Below, in pieces: positions 52,178 to 63,431 of a stretch of DNA of 64,000 nucleotides. This DNA is from Gemmatimonadales bacterium (GTDB lineage Bacteria > Gemmatimonadota > Gemmatimonadetes > Gemmatimonadales > GWC2-71-9): positions 7,550 to 71,549 of the forward strand of contig DASPXJ010000062.1 in NCBI GenBank assembly GCA_035637355.1, written 5' to 3'. Each line of letters starts with the position of its first letter. The first letter of the stretch is position 1. The position numbers and the translations under genes are program-made. The notes beneath the pieces are model-generated. The model was not told where the DNA came from, did not search any database, and saw nothing but the letters and a program-made list of their open reading frames with translations.

Positions 52178-54550
52178 GTGCCAGATAATGAAGAAGAAGT
52201 GAAACCCAAAAAGAAGAGAGCGCCGCGCAAGAAGAAGGACGCGGAGGCCACCGACGCCGCTCCTGCAAAGGGCGGCGCACTCGTCATTGTCGAGTCCCCG
52301 ACCAAGGCGAAGACGATCGGCAAGTACCTCGGCCGCGGCTACACGGTCAAGGCGACCATCGGGCACCTGCGCGATCTGCCCAAGCGCGAGCTGGGGGTCG
52401 ACGTCGAGAACAACTTCACGCCGAAGTACGTCACCATTAAGGAAAAGGCGAAGACCCTGGCCGAGATCAAGAAGGCGGCCAAGGTGGCCGACCGGGTGCT
52501 CCTCGCGACCGACCCCGACCGCGAGGGCGAAGCGATCGCCTGGCATGTGGCGTCTCAGCTCAACGGCGACGGTAACGGCAAGATCCGCCGCGTCTTGTTC
52601 CACGAGATCACGAAAGACGCCGTCGCGGAAGCGTTGGCGAATCCGCTCGATATCGACCAGCGCAAGGTGGACGCGCAGCAGGCGCGGCGGGTCCTCGACC
52701 GGTTGGTCGGCTACAAGGCCTCGCCGGTGCTGTGGAAGAGCATCAAGACCGGCCTGTCGGCGGGTCGGGTGCAAACGGTGGCGCTGCGCCTGATCATCGA
52801 GCGCGAAGAGGAAATCCGGAAGTTCGTGCCGCAGGAATACTGGACGGTTGCCGCCGACCTGGAGAAGGACGGGCAGGCATTCCAGGCGCGGCTGCAAAAG
52901 CTCGACGGGCACAAACCCGAGATCAAGACCGAACAGGCGGCGCGCGACATCGTCGCCGAAGTCGAAAAGCTGCCGTTTGTGGTCACGTCAGTCTCGACCG
53001 GCGAGCGCCGCCGCAAAGCACCCGCCCCGTTTACGACGAGCACGATGCAGCAAGAGGCCGCCAAGCAGCTGGGCTTCTCGGCCGGCCGCACGATGCGCGC
53101 GGCCCAGAAGCTGTACGAAGGCGTGGAGCTGGGCGAACAAGGTTCGGTCGGTCTCATCACGTACATCCGCACCGACTCCGTCCGCGTGTCGGATGCCGCG
53201 ATCAAGCAGGCGCGCGAATTCATCCATGCGCAGTTCGACAAGCGCTATCTGCCCGATGAGCCGAACGTTCATAAGGGCGGCCGGGGCTCGAAGGTCCAGG
53301 ATGCGCACGAGGCGATCCGGCCGACCGAAGTGGGCCTGAAACCCGAGGACCTGAAGAAGTACCTGGAGCGCGACCTCTTTAAGCTGTACCAGCTCCTCTG
53401 GCGGCGCTTCCTGGCGTCGCAAATGACGCCAGCGGTGTACGAAGCGACCAAGGTCGACTTCGAGCTGGCGAACGGACGTTTCCTGTTCCGGGCCACCGGC
53501 TCGCGCGTCGTGTTCGACGGCTATCACGCGCTCTACAGCGAAGCCCATGAGGCCGAAGACGCCAAGACGTTGGACAGCCTGGAGCCCATTCCGCCGCTCG
53601 CCGAGGGCGATCGGGTGAAGCTGAAGCAAGTCGTTCCCAGCCAGCACTTTACCGAGCCGCCGCCGCGCTACAGCGAAGCCAGCCTCGTGAAGGAGCTCGA
53701 GCGGTTGGGCATCGGCCGGCCATCGACGTATGCCGCGATCATCTCGACACTCCGCACACGCTGGTACGCGACCGCGAAGGACCGTCGCTTCCAGCCCACG
53801 CCCCAGGGCGAGATCGTCTGGAAGGTGCTGAAGCGCTCGTTCCCGGAGGTGTTTGAGGTCGGGTTTACGGCGCTAATGGAGACCGAGCTCGACAAGGTCG
53901 AGGAAGGCGATCTGGCGTGGCAGCAGGTGCTCGGCGACTTCTGGAAGCCGTTCAACCTGGCGCTGGCAGCCGTGGACGTGAACAAGATCATCCACGAAGT
54001 CCATGATCTCTCCGGCCTCGATACCGAGAAGTGCCCCAAGTGCGGCAGCCGGCTCGAGGTGAAGAGCGGCCGCTTCGGGCCATACATCGCCTGCGTGCGC
54101 TATGCCACGAAGGAGTGCGACTACTCGCGGTCCATCAAGAAGGACAGGGTGCCCGACCGGCCCTCCGACGAGATCTGCAAGGAATGCGGCGCGCCGATGG
54201 TGATCAAAACCGGCCGTTTCGGCGAGTTCCTGGCCTGCACGCGCTATCCCAAGTGCAAGTACACGCAGCCCGTCCCGCTCGGCATCAAGTGCCCCAAATG
54301 CGGCATCGGGGATCTCGCGGAGCGTCGCACCAAGCGGGGACGGACGTTCTACGGTTGCCTGCGGTATCCCGACTGCGATTATTCCACGTGGAACAAGCCG
54401 GTAGCCGTCCCTTGTCCCAGCTGCGGCTTTGTGGGGATGGAAGAGATCAAGTCCAAGACGACGGGAGAAACGACGCGCAAGTGTCTCAAGTGCGGGCACC
54501 AGTTGGTCGTCGAGGAACCAGCCCCCGAAGCCGAAGAGGTGGCATCGTAG
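52178..54550 (+). CDS. topA: DNA topoisomerase I
   Basis: Toprim LVIVESPTKAKTIGKYLG. Active-site region GLITYIRTDS. Four C-terminal Cys4 zinc ribbons (CPKCG...). Lys-rich N-terminal tail. GTG start. Confidence 0.9.
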   Translation: MPDNEEEVKPKKKRAPRKKKDAEATDAAPAKGGALVIVESPTKAKTIGKYLGRGYTVKATIGHLRDLPKRELGVDVENNFTPKYVTIKEKAKTLAEIKKAAKVADRVLLATDPDREGEAIAWHVASQLNGDGNGKIRRVLFHEITKDAVAEALANPLDIDQRKVDAQQARRVLDRLVGYKASPVLWKSIKTGLSAGRVQTVALRLIIEREEEIRKFVPQEYWTVAADLEKDGQAFQARLQKLDGHKPEIKTEQAARDIVAEVEKLPFVVTSVSTGERRRKAPAPFTTSTMQQEAAKQLGFSAGRTMRAAQKLYEGVELGEQGSVGLITYIRTDSVRVSDAAIKQAREFIHAQFDKRYLPDEPNVHKGGRGSKVQDAHEAIRPTEVGLKPEDLKKYLERDLFKLYQLLWRRFLASQMTPAVYEATKVDFELANGRFLFRATGSRVVFDGYHALYSEAHEAEDAKTLDSLEPIPPLAEGDRVKLKQVVPSQHFTEPPPRYSEASLVKELERLGIGRPSTYAAIISTLRTRWYATAKDRRFQPTPQGEIVWKVLKRSFPEVFEVGFTALMETELDKVEEGDLAWQQVLGDFWKPFNLALAAVDVNKIIHEVHDLSGLDTEKCPKCGSRLEVKSGRFGPYIACVRYATKECDYSRSIKKDRVPDRPSDEICKECGAPMVIKTGRFGEFLACTRYPKCKYTQPVPLGIKCPKCGIGDLAERRTKRGRTFYGCLRYPDCDYSTWNKPVAVPCPSCGFVGMEEIKSKTTGETTRKCLKCGHQLVVEEPAPEAEEVAS

Positions 54551-54564
54551 GGGCACGACCTGTT

Positions 54565-55884
54565 GTGCCCGTACACGTTATCGGTGGCGGCCTCGCGGGC
54601 TGCGAGGCTGCCTGGGCGCTCGCCGAGCGCGGCGTCCGCGTGACCCTGCACGAGATGCGCCCCGTCCGGATGACGCCGGCGCATCAGACGGATCGTCTCG
54701 CCGAGCTGGTCTGTAGCAACACCTTCAAATCGGTCGAACCCACGCACGCGCACGGCCTGCTCAAGGCCGAGATGCGCTTGCTCGGGAGTATCGTGCTGCA
54801 GGCGGCTGACAGCGCGCGCATCCCGGGCGGCAGCGCGCTCGCGGTCGATCGCGTCGCTTTTGCGGCCGCCGTCGAGGCGCGCGTGCTGGCCCACCGCAAC
54901 GTCACACTGGTCCGCGAGGAAGTGACGTCCCTGTTCTCGCCGGCGATCGTCGCCACGGGGCCGCTGACGTCCGATGCGCTCGCTGCCACGATCGCCGCCC
55001 GGCTGGGCGTCGCGTCGCTCGCGTTCTATGACGCGATCGCGCCGATCGTCTCAGCCGATTCGCTGGATTACAGCCGCCTGTTCAAGGCATCGCGGTACGG
55101 CAAAGGCGGGGGAGACGACTACTGGAACGCCCCGTTCACGCGGCCCGAATACGAAGCGTTCGTCGCGGCGCTGATTGCGGGGGAGCAGTATCAGCCAGGA
55201 CACGAATTCGATAGGGTGCCGTATTTTGAGGGCTGTCTGCCGGTCGAGGAGATGGCGCAACGGGGGCTCGAGACGCTGCGGTTCGGCCCGATGAAGCCGG
55301 TCGGGCTCATCGATCCGAAAACCGGACGCGAGCCCTACGCGGTTCTGCAGCTGCGGCAGGAAGATCGCGCCGCGCAGATGTGGAACTTCGTGGGCTTCCA
55401 AACGCGGCTCAAAACGGGAGCGCAGCAGAGGATCTTCCGGACGATTCCGGGCCTCGAGCAGGCGGAGTTCCTGCGCTTCGGCAGCATTCACCGCAATAGC
55501 TACCTCAATGCGCCGCTGGCCCTGACGGGGCACCTCTCGACCGGGGACGACGAGCAGCTGCTGTTCGCCGGACAGCTCACCGGGGTGGAGGGCTACACCG
55601 AGTCGGCGGCGACGGGATTGCTCGCTGGGATCAACCTCGCCCGGCTGCTGGCCGGCGACGCACCGGTACTGCCCCCCGCGACGACGATGCTCGGCGCGCT
55701 GTATCGCTACCTGCGGGAGTCGGAGCCGGCACGGTTCCAGCCGATGAATGCGAATTTCGGGCTGCTGGAGCCGCTCGATCCGCCGGTCAGGGACAAGTTC
55801 AAAAGGAACGAAGCGCTGGCGGAGAGAGCGCTGAAGGAGATGGCGGTGTTTGCAGAGGCCTTGGGGGTCGAAGTCACGGCATGA
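54565..55884 (+). CDS. trmFO: Methylenetetrahydrofolate-tRNA-(uracil-5-)-methyltransferase TrmFO
   Basis: VHVIGGGLAGCEAAWALAERG FAD motif, ELVCSNTFKS, and FAGQLTGVEGYTESAATGLLAG. GTG 54565. The track ORF start at 54031 lies inside topA. Confidence 0.85.
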   Translation: MPVHVIGGGLAGCEAAWALAERGVRVTLHEMRPVRMTPAHQTDRLAELVCSNTFKSVEPTHAHGLLKAEMRLLGSIVLQAADSARIPGGSALAVDRVAFAAAVEARVLAHRNVTLVREEVTSLFSPAIVATGPLTSDALAATIAARLGVASLAFYDAIAPIVSADSLDYSRLFKASRYGKGGGDDYWNAPFTRPEYEAFVAALIAGEQYQPGHEFDRVPYFEGCLPVEEMAQRGLETLRFGPMKPVGLIDPKTGREPYAVLQLRQEDRAAQMWNFVGFQTRLKTGAQQRIFRTIPGLEQAEFLRFGSIHRNSYLNAPLALTGHLSTGDDEQLLFAGQLTGVEGYTESAATGLLAGINLARLLAGDAPVLPPATTMLGALYRYLRESEPARFQPMNANFGLLEPLDPPVRDKFKRNEALAERALKEMAVFAEALGVEVTA

Positions 55885-56786
55885 ACGAGATCGCCGAATT
55901 TGTCACTTTCCTCGAGAAAGAGCGTAACGACTCACCTCACACCGTGAAGGCGTACGAGCGCGACCTCGTAGCCTTCGCCGCTTTCTGCGACCGCTATTAC
56001 GGCGGCCCGTGGACGTGGGCGGGGGTGGATCGGCTGGCGGTGCGCGGTTTCCTCGCCGCTGAGCAGCTGCGCGGCCTGGCGAAGCGCTCCGTCGCCCGCG
56101 CGCTGTCGGCGCTACGCACGTTCTACGGCTTCCTGAACGCGACGCGCGGTCTCGAGGTGAACCCCGCGCGGGCGGCGCGAACTCCCAAGCTCGAGCGGAC
56201 GTTACCGACCTATTTGGATCGTGGCGAGATGAACGAGCTGTTCACGCAAGCGGAGGCGCGCGCCGCCGCGGGGGGATTCCGCGAGGCGCGCGATCTCGCG
56301 ATGCTCGAGCTGTTCTATTCGACCGGGATGCGTCTTTCGGAGCTCGCGGGGCTGAATGATCCCGACGTCGACCCGGTGTCCGATCAAGTGAAGCTGCGCG
56401 GCAAGGGAAAAAAGGAGCGACTCGTGCCGCTCGGCCGGCACGCCACGCTGGCGCTGCGAAAGTATCTGCCGCACCGCGACAGTCTCCTGGCCGGATTGCG
56501 AATGGGAACCCGCCCCGTATTCGTGAACGTGCGCGGCAAGCGGATTACGCCGCGCGGCATCCAGCTGGCCATGAAGCGGCTGTTCGATACGCTGGCTCGC
56601 GGCAAGGAGCTGCACGTGCACGCGCTGCGGCACTCCTTTGCCACGCACCTGCTCGACGCGGGCGCCGACCTCCGGGCGGTGCAGGAGCTGTTGGGTCATG
56701 CCTCGCTGGGGACCACGCAGGTGTATACTCATACGTCGGTGGAGCGCTTGAAAAAGGTTTACCATCAGGCGCATCCGAGGGCTTGA
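55881..56786 (+). CDS. xerC: Tyrosine recombinase XerC/XerD
   Basis: N-terminal [12 protein letters not shown]. Catalytic RLSEL...[12 protein letters not shown]...[14 protein letters not shown]. Confidence 0.85.
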   Translation: MNEIAEFVTFLEKERNDSPHTVKAYERDLVAFAAFCDRYYGGPWTWAGVDRLAVRGFLAAEQLRGLAKRSVARALSALRTFYGFLNATRGLEVNPARAARTPKLERTLPTYLDRGEMNELFTQAEARAAAGGFREARDLAMLELFYSTGMRLSELAGLNDPDVDPVSDQVKLRGKGKKERLVPLGRHATLALRKYLPHRDSLLAGLRMGTRPVFVNVRGKRITPRGIQLAMKRLFDTLARGKELHVHALRHSFATHLLDAGADLRAVQELLGHASLGTTQVYTHTSVERLKKVYHQAHPRA

Positions 56787-56790
56787 AGAA

Positions 56791-56818
56791 GAGCAGGGAG
56801 CACGGAGCAAGGAGCAGC
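56791..56818. repeat. Heptamer x4 array (GAGCARS) filling the xerC-hslV spacer
   Basis: GAGCAGG GAGCACG GAGCAAG GAGCAGC lies immediately before ATG 56819. Each junction creates a GGAG Shine-Dalgarno-like core. Confidence 0.85.
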
Positions 56819-57355
56819 ATGCTACAGCGCATCCATAGCACGACGATTCTCTGCGTCCGCCGCGACGGGAAGGTCGCGATCGGCGGCGATGGCCAGGTCA
56901 CGGTCGGCGAGACCGTGATGAAAGCCAACGCCAACAAGGTCCGCACGCTGCGCGGCGGCAAGATTCTCGCCGGCTTCGCCGGTGCGGCCGCCGATGCTTT
57001 TACGTTGTTCGAGAAGTTCGAGGAGAAGCTGGAGCGCTATCCCACGAACCTGCCGCGCGCCGCGGTCGAATTGGCGAAAGATTGGCGCTCGGACCGGGTG
57101 CTGCGGCGTCTCGAAGCGCTGCTCGTTGTGGCGGACAAGGAGCATGGCTTCGTCATCAGCGGCTCCGGCGAGCTGATCGAGCCGGACGACGGCGTGCTCG
57201 CGATCGGCTCGGGGGGCTCGTTCGCCCTGGCCGCGGCGCGCGCGCTGCTCGCGGCGACGAAGCTGAACCCGGCGGAAATCGTGCAACGCGCCCTGGAAAT
57301 TGCGGCCGAAATCTGCGTTTACACGAACACCAACATCACCGTACTCGAGCTATAG
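56819..57355 (+). CDS. hslV: ATP-dependent protease subunit HslV
   Basis: [28 protein letters not shown] (catalytic Thr near the N-terminus) and [14 protein letters not shown]. Confidence 0.9.
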   Translation: MLQRIHSTTILCVRRDGKVAIGGDGQVTVGETVMKANANKVRTLRGGKILAGFAGAAADAFTLFEKFEEKLERYPTNLPRAAVELAKDWRSDRVLRRLEALLVVADKEHGFVISGSGELIEPDDGVLAIGSGGSFALAAARALLAATKLNPAEIVQRALEIAAEICVYTNTNITVLEL

Positions 57356-57357
57356 CG

Positions 57358-58872
<1,515 letters not shown>

Positions 58873-59025
58873 GCTGCGTCGTTTCGAGATAGCGACACGA
58901 GCATTTTCGACGCGCCGGTCCTCGTGATGCCGGTCACGGGGTGTCGCGCGCGTGTAAAACGATATTGCAACGTGCGTGTCGCTCCGATCCGCGCTGTATA
59001 CCACTCATTTCAAGGACCAGCCCCA

Positions 59026-60195
59026 ATGCCGACGCGCCGTCGCGTCTTAGCCGTGCTGCTCGTGCTTGCTGCGCAGTTCTTTCCCGCAGGGCGTGCGCTC
59101 GCCCAGCAGCCGGGCCCATCCTGGCGTCCCAGAATGCGGCTGCAAGGCGAAGTGCGCTACGACAATAACCCGTTTTTGCTCGACGCCACCCGGAAGCAGC
59201 GCCTGGAAGCGCCTTCGGCGGCGGATTCGGTGAACGGCCGGTTCCGCGACATGCAAAATGCGACTGACATCATTCCGGTTGCGTCGGCGGACGTCGCGCT
59301 GGGATTGCCGGGGGCGTTCGGCCGTCCGTTGGAGATCTCGGCTGACGCGGCTTACGAGGCAAACGTCAACAATGCGCATCGCCGGCACGCCGAGCTAAGC
59401 TTCGCACTGGAGCAGGCACTCCCCAAGGCGGGCCGCACGCGGCTGCGGGCGGAGTGGCGCCCGTCGTACTTCTGGAGGAACTACTTGAGCGACGCGATCG
59501 ATGACAACGGAGACAACAATATCGAACCGAGCGAGCGTATTTACCGTCCGGGAACGTCGGACGAGCTCGACCTCACGCTCAACGTACGCCGGCGATTGTT
59601 GAAACGCATTCGTGGCGAGCTCGAAGCAGGCTACTTCACCCGGACGTACGCCGCGCCCTTCGACGGCCGAGATCGTCGCGGTCCAGGCGCGGCTGCTGGT
59701 ATGTCGCTCGAGATAGGCAAACGCTCGACCGCTGGTGTTGACTACGCCTTTCAATCGCTCCAGTCGGATGTGGCGCGCGAAGTCATGATCCTCGATGAGA
59801 CCGCATTCGGCGTTGACTTCAACGGCATCAACGGTGCCAGCGACACGGCGGCGCGGGCGTTCGAGCTGGTGGATCGCTCACGCGTCGAACACAACGTCGA
59901 GCTGTCGGTTCAGACCGAGCTGTCAGATGCCGTGACGCTGGCGTTGGGCTACGCACGCCGGATGCGCGTCTTCGGCTCGAGCCAGCCGTACGACGTCGCG
60001 GACCGTGACCGGCGGGACACGCGCAACGAGTTCACGGCGGAGCTGACGGTTCGTGTCAGGCACGGCATGCGCTTCACCGTGAGTGGGGCCGCTGCGAGGC
60101 AGAACACAAACCGTGGCGGCGATCCGGGGGCCAGCGGAGAAGTCGCCGATTATTCGCGCTCCGTCGTGACCGCGGGCCTCGCGTACCGCTTCTAA
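59026..60195 (+). CDS. Predicted outer-membrane beta-barrel protein; function unknown
   Basis: Signal peptide MPTRRRVLAVLLVLAAQFFPAGRALA|QQ. Alternating amphipathic strands. Terminal GLAYRF (aromatic C-terminus). Confidence 0.5.
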   Translation: MPTRRRVLAVLLVLAAQFFPAGRALAQQPGPSWRPRMRLQGEVRYDNNPFLLDATRKQRLEAPSAADSVNGRFRDMQNATDIIPVASADVALGLPGAFGRPLEISADAAYEANVNNAHRRHAELSFALEQALPKAGRTRLRAEWRPSYFWRNYLSDAIDDNGDNNIEPSERIYRPGTSDELDLTLNVRRRLLKRIRGELEAGYFTRTYAAPFDGRDRRGPGAAAGMSLEIGKRSTAGVDYAFQSLQSDVAREVMILDETAFGVDFNGINGASDTAARAFELVDRSRVEHNVELSVQTELSDAVTLALGYARRMRVFGSSQPYDVADRDRRDTRNEFTAELTVRVRHGMRFTVSGAAARQNTNRGGDPGASGEVADYSRSVVTAGLAYRF

Positions 60196-60220
60196 CAACG
60201 CCTATAATGAGGACCACACC

Positions 60221-60565
60221 ATGATCGTCCTGTTGCCGTTGATCGGATTGCTCGCCTGGCAGGCGCCCGCGCCGCTGCATTGCCGCATCGAGGTAGCCGC
60301 GGGCGCCGACAGCAAACGCTGCCAGGTGTCGGCGCCCAAGGCCCGGCATGTCCGCCGGTGCACACCAGCCGATGAGCAGGCCGGGCATTGCGGTGACACC
60401 GGCGGCGAACGCTACGTGGCGTGGGTCGTGGCTTCCGGCCCGGGACGTTGCCGCATCACCGACAAGAAGACGACGTGGAAGCGTGGTGTCGTGTCGGCGA
60501 AGCTGAGTCCCGGCCCGGGAGGGGGAGGGCCAAGCACCTGCGATCTCTACGTCGAGGTGGAATGA
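60221..60565 (+). CDS. Small secreted Cys-rich protein (6 Cys), hypothetical
   Basis: Hydrophobic N-terminus MIVLLPLIGLLAW. Six cysteines. G/C-rich third positions. ATGA overlap with the next gene. Confidence 0.4.
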   Translation: MIVLLPLIGLLAWQAPAPLHCRIEVAAGADSKRCQVSAPKARHVRRCTPADEQAGHCGDTGGERYVAWVVASGPGRCRITDKKTTWKRGVVSAKLSPGPGGGGPSTCDLYVEVE

Positions 60566-61629
60566 CGCGCGTTCTGTTCACCGGCTACGCGCCCGTTCAC
60601 TTTGTCTGCTTCCGCCCCATTTACGAGCGGCTGAGCCGGCTGCCGGGTGTGGAGGTGTTTCTTTCCGGCGGGCGTGAGCCGGCGGAGCAGTCCGACGGCG
60701 CCGCCGGACCGATCACCGCCGCCGAGCTGTATCGGCCGTTCCGCGTGCCGGCCAGGCGCGTGCTCCCCCTCGCTGCCATGCGGCGCCAGCGGTTCGACCT
60801 CGTGTTCTGCGCCCACGTGTCGGGCTATTTCCCGCGGGCAGACCACGAGCGTGTTCAGATCTTTCACGGACTCTCGTTCCGCAACATGGCCGTGCGCCGC
60901 GACGTGCTGGTCTACGATCATCTGTTCGTCACCGGCCCATACATGGAGCGGACCTTCCACGAGCAGCAGCTGCTGCGGCCGGGGGATCCGCGCCTCGTCC
61001 GGATCGGATTCCCTAAAGTCGATCGCCTGGTGGATGGCAGCCTCGATCGAGGCGCGATTCTGCGCCGCCTCAGCTTATCGGGACGACGGCCCGTTCTGCT
61101 CTACGCTCCGACCGGCCAACGCGGCAATTCGCTCGAGACGCTGGGGGAGGAAGTCATCAGGCGGCTGCGCGCCGCCGGCCGCTACGATCTGCTCATCAAA
61201 CTGCACGACCACCCGCGCGACCAGGTGGACTGGTCCCCGCGGCTGCGGCCACTGCTCGACAGCCACACGAAACTGGTGCGCGACTTCGACATCGTCCCCT
61301 ATCTGTTCATCGCGGATCTGCTGATCTCCGACGCGTCGTCGGTATCGTCGGAGTATTCGTTGCTCGACCGGCCGATGGTGTTTCTGGACGTGCCGGACAT
61401 GATCGCCGCGATGCGCGCGAAAGGCCGGGCCGTCGATCTCGATACCTGGGGCCGCAAGGCGGGCGTCACGGTGCGCTGGCCGGACGAAGCGGTGGAGGCG
61501 GTACGCGAGTCGCTCGCCCATCCGCGCCGGGGCAGCGACGTCCGCCGCGAGATGGCGCGGGACCTCTTCTACAATCCGGGCCGCGCGGCCGAGGCCGCCC
61601 TCGCCTGGATTCGCGAACGGCTGGCATGA
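60562..61629 (+). CDS. CDP-glycerol glycerophosphotransferase (TagB/TagF) family protein
   Basis: VLLYAPTGQRGNS...YDLLIKLHDHPRD...IADLLISDASSVSSEYSLLDRPMVFLD matches the TagF-family C-terminal catalytic pattern. Confidence 0.65.
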   Translation: MTRVLFTGYAPVHFVCFRPIYERLSRLPGVEVFLSGGREPAEQSDGAAGPITAAELYRPFRVPARRVLPLAAMRRQRFDLVFCAHVSGYFPRADHERVQIFHGLSFRNMAVRRDVLVYDHLFVTGPYMERTFHEQQLLRPGDPRLVRIGFPKVDRLVDGSLDRGAILRRLSLSGRRPVLLYAPTGQRGNSLETLGEEVIRRLRAAGRYDLLIKLHDHPRDQVDWSPRLRPLLDSHTKLVRDFDIVPYLFIADLLISDASSVSSEYSLLDRPMVFLDVPDMIAAMRAKGRAVDLDTWGRKAGVTVRWPDEAVEAVRESLAHPRRGSDVRREMARDLFYNPGRAAEAALAWIRERLA

Positions 61630-63431
61630 GCGCGGTCGGCGAGCTGCGGAAGATGCGGGGCCTTGCGGGGCTGCTGTGGCCTCACACCCGCGGCGATCGC
61701 AAGCTGCTCGTCTTGGGAGGCGCCTTGAGCGTCTCGCTCATCGTGCTGCGGGTGCTGCAGCCCTGGCCCCTCAAGTGGATCATCGATCTGCTGACGAACC
61801 GCCACGAGCACACGGCCCTCGGGGGCCTGTTGGCCGCGCCGAAGCTCGGCCCCGCCGAGCTGAGCCTGCTCTACGTGGGCATCACGCTGGTGGCGGCGAC
61901 GGTGGCGTACGCCGAGCGCCTCGTTCTGGCCGGGCTCGCCAATCGCGTGATCTACCGCGTGCGCACCGCGCTCTTCGGTGACGTGCTGGCCCAGCCGATC
62001 GCCTTCCACGAAAGCCGCACCACCGGCGAGCTGCTCACGCGCATCGTGTACGACACGGTCCGGCTGCGTCAGGGCGTCATCGCGATCCTGATGCGGATCT
62101 TCCAGACGGTAGGCCTGTTTCTCGCGACGCTGGCCGTGTTGCTGTGGCTCAACACGCGGCTGGCGCTCGTCGTCGCGGTGGGAGCGCTCATCGCCCTCGC
62201 CGCGATGGCGTGGAGCGGCGGCGGCGTCGCCCGGGCGTCGCGCAAGCAACGCAAGAAAGAAGGCCGGCTAGCGTCCACCGTGGCGGAGGACCTGCTCGGC
62301 GTGCGCGAGCTGCAGGCCTATCGCGCCGGGCGCTGGCCCGACGATCGGTTCGGGAAAAGGAACGTGAAGAGCCTGCTCCACGAGCAGCGCGTGCGGCAGC
62401 TCGCGGCCTGGCTGATGCTCCGCATCGAGATCCTCGTGGCGCTCACGATTACCGCGATCATCTGGCTCGGCGCGCACGAAGTGCAGGTGGGCGCGCTCAC
62501 GCCCGGCGATCTCGTGCTGTTCGTGTCCTATGCGACCGGGCTGTACCGGCCGCTCGAGCAGTTCGCGCGGCAGACCTACAAGCTCGGCAAGACCTTCGCG
62601 TCGGGCGACCGGCTGCGGAAAATCATGGAGGAGCAGCCGGCGATCGCCGACCGGCCGGGGGCCGCCCCGGCGCCGTCCCTGCGCGGCGACGTGGCCTTCG
62701 AGGGCGTCACCGTCACCACGCCAAAAGCGGTTCGGGGCGCACGCAAGCACGCGCTCTCCGACATCTCCTTTTCTGTGAGCGCGGGAGAGCGCGTGGCGAT
62801 CCTCGGCGCGAACGGGGCGGGAAAGTCCACGCTGCTGCGGCTGATGCTGCGATTCGTCGATCCCGACAAAGGCCGCGTGATGCTCGACGGCCGCGACCTG
62901 CGCGACTACACCGTGGAATCGGTACGGCGGCAGATCAGCGTCGTCTTTCAGGAGAATGTGTTCTTCGGCCTTTCGGTACGGGAGAACATCGCGCTGGGCG
63001 ATCCGGCCGCGGCCTTGGAGGACGTCCAGCGGGCGGCGGAGCGGGCGCGGATCGACCGCTTCATCGAGCGCCTGCCCGAGGGCTACGAAACGTCGATTCG
63101 GCGCGGCGGCGAGTTGTTCTCGGGAGGGGAGCGCCAGCGGATTGCCATCGCCCGCGCCCTGCACCGCGACGGGCGCATCTGGCTGCTCGACGAACCCACC
63201 CGGGGCATCGACCCGGCCACGGCCGCCGACCTGACGACGATCCTGCTCGAGGCGACCGAGGGGCGCACGACGCTGTGGGTGACGCACGATCCCGCCGTGC
63301 TGCCGCTGCTCGATCGCGTGGTCGTCCTCAAGCAGGGTGAGCTCCAGTTCGCGGGGACGCCCGCAGCCTACGGGGAGTGGCTCGCCGAGCGCGTGTCGGC
63401 GCGGTCCTCGCGCCTCACGGGAGAAACCTGA
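61626..63431 (+). CDS. ABC exporter, fused permease/ATPase (MsbA-like type I exporter)
   Basis: Six N-terminal TM segments. Walker A GANGAGKST, signature FSGGERQRIAIARAL, and Walker B IWLLDEP. Confidence 0.85.
   Translation: MSAVGELRKMRGLAGLLWPHTRGDRKLLVLGGALSVSLIVLRVLQPWPLKWIIDLLTNRHEHTALGGLLAAPKLGPAELSLLYVGITLVAATVAYAERLVLAGLANRVIYRVRTALFGDVLAQPIAFHESRTTGELLTRIVYDTVRLRQGVIAILMRIFQTVGLFLATLAVLLWLNTRLALVVAVGALIALAAMAWSGGGVARASRKQRKKEGRLASTVAEDLLGVRELQAYRAGRWPDDRFGKRNVKSLLHEQRVRQLAAWLMLRIEILVALTITAIIWLGAHEVQVGALTPGDLVLFVSYATGLYRPLEQFARQTYKLGKTFASGDRLRKIMEEQPAIADRPGAAPAPSLRGDVAFEGVTVTTPKAVRGARKHALSDISFSVSAGERVAILGANGAGKSTLLRLMLRFVDPDKGRVMLDGRDLRDYTVESVRRQISVVFQENVFFGLSVRENIALGDPAAALEDVQRAAERARIDRFIERLPEGYETSIRRGGELFSGGERQRIAIARALHRDGRIWLLDEPTRGIDPATAADLTTILLEATEGRTTLWVTHDPAVLPLLDRVVVLKQGELQFAGTPAAYGEWLAERVSARSSRLTGET

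Noticed and set aside
55881-56786. Tyrosine recombinase as a marker of an integrated mobile element
   Set aside because: The gene sits in the conserved topA-trmFO-xerC-hslVU housekeeping block with overlapping junctions. There is no flanking tRNA, direct repeats or phage/ICE genes.
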